Below are positions 55,827 to 64,000 of a DNA stretch of 64,000 nt, piece after piece. The notes below the pieces were generated by a model. That model was given only the letters and a program-made list of their open reading frames with translations. It ran no database searches and had not been told where the DNA came from. Made by a program: the position numbers and the translations under genes. The DNA lies in NCBI GenBank assembly GCA_013265495.1, contig MU058418.1:2813491-2877490 (forward strand), given 5' to 3'. Numbering within the stretch: the first letter of the stretch is position 1; the number at the start of each line of letters is the position of its first letter. The DNA is from Vicugna vicugna. Taxonomy: Eukaryota.

Positions 55827-57801
55827 CTGTGTATTTTTATTACCTTAAATGAAACATTAATCTTCATAGTGCCAGGGGCAAATATGAAAAAAATACGTAA
55901 AAGAAAAACTCAACTATAGAATAAAAACATGATGCTTGGATAAATACAAGCACTGCTGGAACCAGTGCCTTTGGCCATGCCCAGAAAGCTGGTTCCTCCT
56001 GTGAGCGAAGTGGGGAAGATCATACATAAAAGAGCTACTGCTTGGAGTTAAAAATGTAAATGACCTTGAGGTGGCACTGGCAGTTTAAGGAAGAACAAAT
56101 CAGTAAGGTTGCCCCACTCAGTGCACAAAGGGCAGCCTAACTGGACTTGCAACATCTGGTCCAAGACAACGGAGCAGTAAGATAGTCTTGGTTAAAAATA
56201 ATCCCTCTTAGTTCTTTCCTATGCTATATAACTCTGACTAGTGTTGCTATAAGAAGCCTTTCCAAATTCCAAATTCTGTGTTTTATTTTTAAATTTATTA
56301 TTTTTTAAAAAATGTTCTTTCCATTCACAAGGCCTACAACTGCTAGGCTGGCTATGACTGCTTTTACTTTAGCAAAGTAGACTCAGCACAGCAGCTTCTC
56401 CATACTGGATAAAGACAAACATGTCCATAATGTGAGAGCTGCAGTGGGACTTCCTCACCCCTCACGCTAGTGTCTCCAACTAGCTAGCTGAGATAGCTGC
56501 CCATTTCACAGACACGCTGTTTTATTTTTAAGTAGGCAGCACAGTATGGACAAAGAAAAGCGTTTGAAGAACTCTTGGATTTGAAGGGAATAAATACAGT
56601 ATTTAAGAAAACTGTTCATGATTGACTACGATCAGATCTATGTAACACAATCAGAAACACGAAGATGAACCAGTATATAGTAAAGGCTTGTTGCTCATCT
56701 AATAGGAATAAACTAATGTTAGGGGGAAAACTGACTTTATAATAAAATTCAGGTCCATTCATGACTACCATCCAAATAGCAAGCTGCTTCTAGGACATCC
56801 AGCGGATGCCTTGATTAGTTTAACTGGAACCCACAGAAGTGCTAGTATATGCCTCCTTTGCTTACAGGGAAGCTTCCAAGAGAAATTTTCCAAGTAGTTA
56901 TGTGAAAACACATTCGTGTGTTGAGATATTCCAAATGTAAAGCCAGGTTAGACAACTATTTATTTAGTCTTTCTTGTTAATGTTTCTCTTGATTCCAGTT
57001 CCTAATCAGTGAATTTATGTCTTCCTTGCCTGTGGTTTTGTTTCCTATTATCTCTATACTAAGTGCTCCTCCTCCACCAGTTCCCTGAGGGACTATGGTT
57101 CTAACCAACCCCCTTTAATTTTAAGTTTTTTCCCTTCTTCTTAGATCTTTTCTTAGCTTGTTTCTACTTGAAAAGTCCCCCTCCCCACCCCCAAGATTCC
57201 CTACGGTTTTCGCCAGTATTTTCACCTCTCTCCAAATACCAATCCTTAGACACTTTTCCTTTAATTTCACAGATTAGTAGTATAATTGTAGTTCTTTTTA
57301 ATTTTAATAACAAACAGTATTTTCTATCCTCAAAATTATCTCTAGTGAGATTTAACATTGGTTCCTGAGAAGTCTCAATCTTAGTCTCTTTCTCTTCTAT
57401 GTTTATGGGGCTCCTTGCTGATTATTTTCTCCCAGTAACAGCAAATCCTTCTCAAGTATGCCACTTCCTTTGTTCAAAATAAGCCACCACCCCAGTCTCT
57501 TTTCAATTGCTTATCTAAATATCTTTTTCTGACCCAAACCTGATAAGCAGCTATAAGGTAAAAGGAAAAATTTTCTTTGAGGAGGAGATGCCTGCCTCAC
57601 CTTCCCTCCTCAGGGTTTCAGGATAAACAAACGTCAAGAAACAAAATACCTTGCAATTGCATGAAATGACAAAAATCTTCACTTTCATATAATGCCCTAA
57701 AAACAGGATTATACAGTTTGTGTAGTCAAACTTTATAGTTAAGTACTACTTAATTCTAAAAGGATCTATTATAAATCTACTTCCCATTTCATGAAATATA
57801 T

Positions 57802-58670
<869 letters not shown>

Positions 58671-59167
58671 TCAAAGTACTGAGCCCTGAACAGGACTCCG
58701 TCTCCGAAGTTCATTTAGATTGCACAGTCATCCTCCAAATCAGCCACAGACATCCCACTAAAGACCGCAGGCACACAGGAAATAGTCAGCAACTCATTAA
58801 AACAGCTATCATACGCTTTTCAATCATGATTTTGGAAAAGTATGGGTATACAGGGAGGGGCCAATTACGATTAAAGAATAGAATGATGTTTTGAAAAGCA
58901 GCCTGCATAAAGTGATGGTAATGACACTGAACAACCAAAAAGCAAGAATTAAGACTCAGGAAATAAAATCAACTATAAAGCAAATCAGGAAGATCATTTA
59001 CCTGTAAATGCGTATTTCAAATTGCCAAGTACATCTACAATAAGGTAAATACATACTTTATGCAATAAAAGGCAGTTAAATGTATAGGAATTATTAAATT
59101 ATCCTTCCCTAAGTTCTCTCTTATCTCCCTCACTCTCTGGATAGGAAGTGTACTGTGCAGAGTATAC

Positions 59168-59246
59168 CTTGTCTCCTTTCTCTTCAGGCTCATCTTCATT
59201 AAGGAATTCTCGTTTGGGGTATGGAATCTGGCAGCCAGCAAACACA
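59168..59246 (-). CDS. CDK19: CDK19 coding exon (probably exon 11)
   Basis: 79 nt, tttttag|T GTG TTT...GAC AAG|gtatac; encodes (D)[26 protein letters not shown]. Confidence 0.97.
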
Positions 59247-59936
59247 CTAAAAATCATAAAAAGAAAAAAAATTAACTCATGTCATGACCTAAAATCTACA
59301 TTGACCTTGTCCATTTAAAATTCTATTTTTTAAATTTCCTACTCTTCATCTGTGGCTGGTATTTGCTGGATGCCTTTCAACACAACTTAACTGAAGCAAT
59401 AAGAAAAGAACAATTTGTTGTCTAAGTTTTATACTAATTGCCATTTTCAATAACAAACCTTAACTGGAGCTAGCTAGTTGACATATATGACATAGAAATT
59501 TCTCCACTCAAACTTCATCAACACTAAAAATAACTGAATTTGTATTTGTGTCAACAATGAAAATAATTTTTTTCCTCAAGTAAAGCTGTACCTCTAATAA
59601 ATCCAAGCACAATTTATATTTGTGAGTGTAACAACAATGGGGAAATGGAGGGGTTTGGTGCAGCAGACACACAGAATTTTAGTATCTCAGTTTTCTTCTG
59701 GTTTGGCGTAAACTGTTCCAGCTGACTGATCTATAAAAATCCCATCTGTTCTCAGCTTTAGCTTTTATCTGTAAAACTGATTAATGGCCATTCCTAAAAT
59801 ACTTGTTTTCATTCACACCTCTCCACAGTTTTGCCTCTTTCAAAATACAGGACCTTTCACTTGACTAGTTTTTCTCTGAGGCAGTATTAACAAAGAAAGG
59901 AGAATACTTCAATAACGAGTGTTTTTCTTGCTTTCA

Positions 59937-60092
<156 letters not shown>

Positions 60093-60151
60093 CTAGAATA
60101 ACACATAAATTGATAGCACATGAAAAATTTGTTTACAAGTCAATGTTTTGA

Positions 60152-60249
60152 TTTTTTAAAAAAAATTTTTGGGAGGTAATCAGGTTCATTCATTCATCTA
60201 TGGAGATACTGGGGATAGAACCCAGGGCCTCTTGCATGCTAAGCATGCA
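60152..60249 (-). mobile_element. Vic-1-like SINE, 5'-truncated or interrupted, in a CDK19 intron
   Basis: Reverse complement reads tgcatgcttagcatgcaagaggccctgggttctatccccagtatctcc...aacctgattacctccc followed by an A-rich tail; homologous to the copy at 5882. Confidence 0.8.
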
Positions 60250-60700
60250 TAATGGTAGGTAGTCATTATGTTTGGTAATAAATAGAAACTTTAAATTTTA
60301 TGTAGAAATGGAGTCTGTCTACATGGCTTTGGTCTTTATGTTGAATCAACTGATTTCTTGGGTTAACTGGGTGACTCTCTACCCCACCCCATTTTTATTT
60401 TTGTATTAAAGTCTCATAGAATATCAAATGCCATTTTGTATACAGCTCATTGCAATATTAATATAGTACACACATCTATGTGAAATTGGCAGAAATCATT
60501 AGCATAGAAGCCCTTTTAGAATTTAATTTTTTTTCTGCTGAGAAACCATTGGAAAAAAATTAAGGCTAGAAGTCAAGGGTGGCATCTCAAAAGAAAAACA
60601 TTTCATTTCGCCCCAGCATCCGCCAATTTCTTTTCTTTCTAAAGAGGAAGAATAGCTGGAACAATTCCATGGGAAGGGGTCAGGTGAGAGCTGTGCCTAC

Positions 60701-60773
60701 CAAGAGGAACACTTTGCTGTCGGGCTTGACCTTGTGTTTCTCCATGTACTTTATGAGGCTACTGTTGGCATAC
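60701..60773 (-). CDS. CDK19: CDK19 coding exon (probably exon 9), kinase domain
   Basis: 73 nt, cttcgcag|G TAT GCC...CTC TTG|gtaggc; encodes (T)[24 protein letters not shown]. Residues YANSS and KVFLL match CDK19 rather than CDK8 (YTNCS, KAFHL). Confidence 0.97.
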
Positions 60774-61629
60774 CTGCGAAGACAGGACAGTTACACATTA
60801 GTGAGAACACTCACACAATTAACATTTTTTAACAGAAAGTTCAAGATTGGTTTTCCTATAAGGTATGTGTTAATTTAAACCATTGTTTTTTCTGTTTAAA
60901 AAGGAACACCTGACCAAATATCCATAAATGTGTGAAGAAATAAGAATTGTTTATACACTGCATGTAAGAGTTTATATTGTTACAGTCACTTTGGAAAATA
61001 ATTATGCATTAACAATTAGAATTGAAAATGTGAATATTCTATGGTCCAGCAGTTCCTTTCCTAGGTACATACTCTTAAGAGATACCTTTGCATCTGTAAG
61101 TCAGGATCTCAACCCTCAGGCTGAGGGGTGAATAAATGGGTATTTTATTATTTTAAATTTTATTATTATTATATAATAGACTACATATTTTCATCATATA
61201 TGCTTTCCTATATATGAAATATTTCAAATTTAAAAGGTCATAAATTAGATAATATATATTTATGGTAGATGTAGTGATATAAAGTACAAAGAAAAAGAAT
61301 CGAAATCACTTGTAATCAAGCTATTCAGCAATAAAAAACACTGTCAAGATTTTGATAATTTCCCTCTGGCATTTGTTCTATACAAAGATATGATACAAAT
61401 ATAGAGGCGTTTTTGTTTTGTTTTTATAAAATTAGGATCACACTCTATAAATTATCCTAACTCTTAATATTATTTCATAAACATTTTTCCCTGCCAAATG
61501 ATCTTTAAAATTATTACTTGTAGTGGTTGTATATTTTCTCCTGTTACCAATGATGTTTGTTTCACAATAGCTATAAAATGCCAGTCCTTGGAGGTAAATC
61601 TGGTACACATCACAGGGAGATAATACTGT

Positions 61630-61855
61630 ACAGCAGGTGAGAATCAGAGACTCCTACTGGACTCCGACTCAGTCATTTACCAGTTGTGTGATCTTAGGCA
61701 GTTAGTTAACCTCTACGACAGCCTTAGATGCCTCATCTGAAAAAAATGAGGGTTATAATTATACCTACCTCATGGGATTGATATGGGGAACATTGGCAAA
61801 ATGTAGGTAAAGGGCTTAGCACCATGCCTGGCACAAAGTAAGTACTTGGCTAGCT
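61630..61855 (+). mobile_element. MIR SINE in a CDK19 intron
   Basis: catttaccagttgtgtgatcttaggca...cctcatctg...cttagcaccatgcctggcacaaagtaagtact. Confidence 0.8.
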
Positions 61856-62059
61856 ATGTGTGGCTGCTCTGATTGCTTTTTCAAGATAAATTATTAGACT
61901 TATTAGGTCAAAGGGTATGTACATTTCAAAGCCTTTAAAAATTTTTTAATATAGGCTGGGCTTGGCTCAGGCTCCTCCCCAGCAAGGCTGCCAGGCTCAG
62001 CGGGTGCCTCAGCGTCCTCCTCCACATTGGAGCCCCCTCAGAGCCTTTTTTATGTGCCC

Positions 62060-62225
62060 TAGAACTTTGCTACACAAACCTGATCCTCAGATCAGTAGCA
62101 CGGGCACCTGAGAGCCTGCATGAGGAATGCAGATTCTTGGGCCCTGCCCCAGGTTCTGAATCAGAATTTGCATTTAACAAGGTCTCCAGGTGATTTGTAG
62201 GTACATTAAAATTTGAGAAGCATTC
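62060..62225. mobile_element. Degenerate MER5-like DNA transposon in a CDK19 intron
   Basis: aatgcagattcttgggccctgcccc...ctgaatcagaa...catttaacaag...ccaggtgatt...tttgagaagca. Confidence 0.7.
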
Positions 62226-63269
62226 ACTCTCACCAGTAGCATAAAAGAGTGCCCATTTTGTTATACCCTTGCCAACACTAGGTATTTTTATTTAAAAAAA
62301 ACTTTGCCATGTGTATTAATTAAAAAAATTTTTACTCCAATACCAGGAATATTTTTATTGGCAGGTAGCCATTATCTTTGGTAATAGAAAAAAACTAAAG
62401 TTTATGTAGAAATGGAGTCTGTCTGCATGGCTTTGGTCTTTATGTTGAATCAACTGATTTCTTGTGTTAACTCCAGATTTTAGGTTGTTTTTATCATAAT
62501 ATAAAATGTCTTGAAGTTGAGAAATTCTATTATTCAATTCCCATTGTGGTTTCTTCTTATTTTTCCTAGTATTAAAGCTAAGATGAATTACTTGTTATTT
62601 TCTGAATTATCCTCTTCCAGATTTGCTACAGTTTAGGAGCTAAACAGTTTTCAAAGTAATTCAAACTCTCTATATACATTACAAAGCATTTTATCAGACC
62701 ATGTTTATTCAAACATTCAATTCTTAAAGTCAACTTACTGATTTCCTTTTAATCGTATTTCCACCTTGCCTTCTAATGAGCTATAAGAGCTGATATCTTG
62801 CAAAGATTACAGAAACTTCCATTGTTATCCTTCTTAATTCCCTCTGAGTAATTTTTTAGATATGATACAATGAGAATAAGTTATTATTCTTTTACTTTTT
62901 ATGTCATTTGGGATAACATTTTCTGGAATTTTTTATTATATTTTACTTTAGTGACTTGTATGTACTGTATTAGATTTAGCTAATTTTTAATAAATTCCTT
63001 TTTGTCTTATTATTAGGAGCCTGCTTTTATGTGGATAAAATTGTTTGCTTAGGAAGTATGGGCTCTTATCTCTACAATTTTCCTATTACTTTTCTAACTG
63101 AATTTTATTTATCTTTTAAAATTTCTCTCCTTTTATTTCTGGTTATTGTAAAAACTGTCATTTTATGTAAAATTTTTCCTTTGGTCTCTAAATACTATGA
63201 TAAAATGTTAAGTGCCTTCATTAATTTTCTCCATCTTCTACATTGTTAGAGTATCTTCAATTACTTGAA

Positions 63270-63955
63270 CCACTTTTCATTTAATTTGACAAGTAACTAA
63301 TGAGCACGCACTATGTACCAGGCCCTGAGGATACATATAATGGTGTATAAAATAGGCACAATCCATATTCTCTACAGGGAAAGGCAGATAAGTGTTCAAA
63401 AGCCAACTATAGTACAAAGTGATCAGTGCTGAGAGAAGCAGCACAGGATGTTAGAGGAGTGCGGAAGGGGAGGCCTCCTCAGGAGAGAAAGGATAAACAG
63501 GAGTTAATCTGATGAAACAGGTGGGAGGAAAGTACATCCTAGGCTGAAGGAACAGCATGTGTAAAAACCCAGAGGTCAAAGAAAGCTCAGGGATTTTGAG
63601 GATCTTAAACAAATTCATGATGTCCTGGCTATAGAGCACAAAGTGGACAGTGGTTTAGGAAATGAATCTGGTGAGGGAGATGCCAAGGCTTTGTAGGCCA
63701 TATTAAGAAACTGAGGGCAATGGTGAATTAAGAGCAGCTAGAAGACTGACGTGATCCAAACTGCTTTTGGCAATGACTGCAGTACAGACAATGCGCTGAA
63801 TGAAGACTAGAGGTAGAAATACCACTCAGGAGGCCACTGCAGGATTCCAGGTGAGAGAGAGTGGTGTGGACTATAAAAGTGGCAGGTTGGATGGAAAGAA
63901 ATACAAAGATTCAAAGGATAGTTAGAAAAAAGAATTGACTAGATGCACCACTGAA
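63270..63955 (-). mobile_element. L2 LINE fragment in a CDK19 intron
   Basis: tgagcacgcactatgtaccaggc...gaaggaacagcatgtgtaaaa...ttgtaggccatattaaga...ccaggtgagaga. Confidence 0.75.
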
Positions 63956-63986
63956 TATTATTTATATGTAATACGGAATTACTTAC

Positions 63987-64000
63987 GTTGTTCTTCTAAA
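63987..64000 (-). CDS. CDK19: CDK19 coding exon, 3' end only (probably exon 8; runs off the window)
   Basis: Minus strand reads TTT AGA AGA ACA AC|gtaagt (FRRT-T). The strong donor and phase 2 join the next exon to give FRRTTYANSSL. Confidence 0.88.

Noticed and set aside
60768..60776. Recursive splice site (cag|GTATGC at the exon start)
   Set aside because: The upstream intron is only about 3.2 kb and the sequence is explained by the Thr-Tyr-Ala codons.

Overview
Mammalian genomic DNA, most likely a camelid: it carries two Vic-1-like tRNA-Ala-derived SINEs and I recognised no Alu, Bov-tA, PRE-1 or Can-SINE. The right end (about 50.8-64 kb) is the 3' part of CDK19 on the minus strand: five complete coding exons plus the end of a sixth, all with GT-AG boundaries and a consistent frame, then a ~4.2 kb 3' UTR with an AATAAA signal. 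The rest is repeat-rich intergenic DNA (L1, L2, MIR, MaLR/ERVL/ERV1 solo LTRs, hAT DNA transposons). It contains a near full-length processed FUS pseudogene (26370-28118, minus strand, with target-site duplication, TSD) inserted into L1 sequence. Its first 304 codons (prion-like domain, RGG1 and start of the RRM) are still open, while the rest is disabled. I found no convincing novel multi-gene system. The best leads are the truncated FUS retro-ORF, solo LTRs with intact promoter motifs, a ~115 bp templated duplication between two CDK19 introns, and a possible composite retroposon hosting the FUS copy. Repeat family names and comparisons with human sequences are from memory, not database searches; old-repeat boundaries are approximate.
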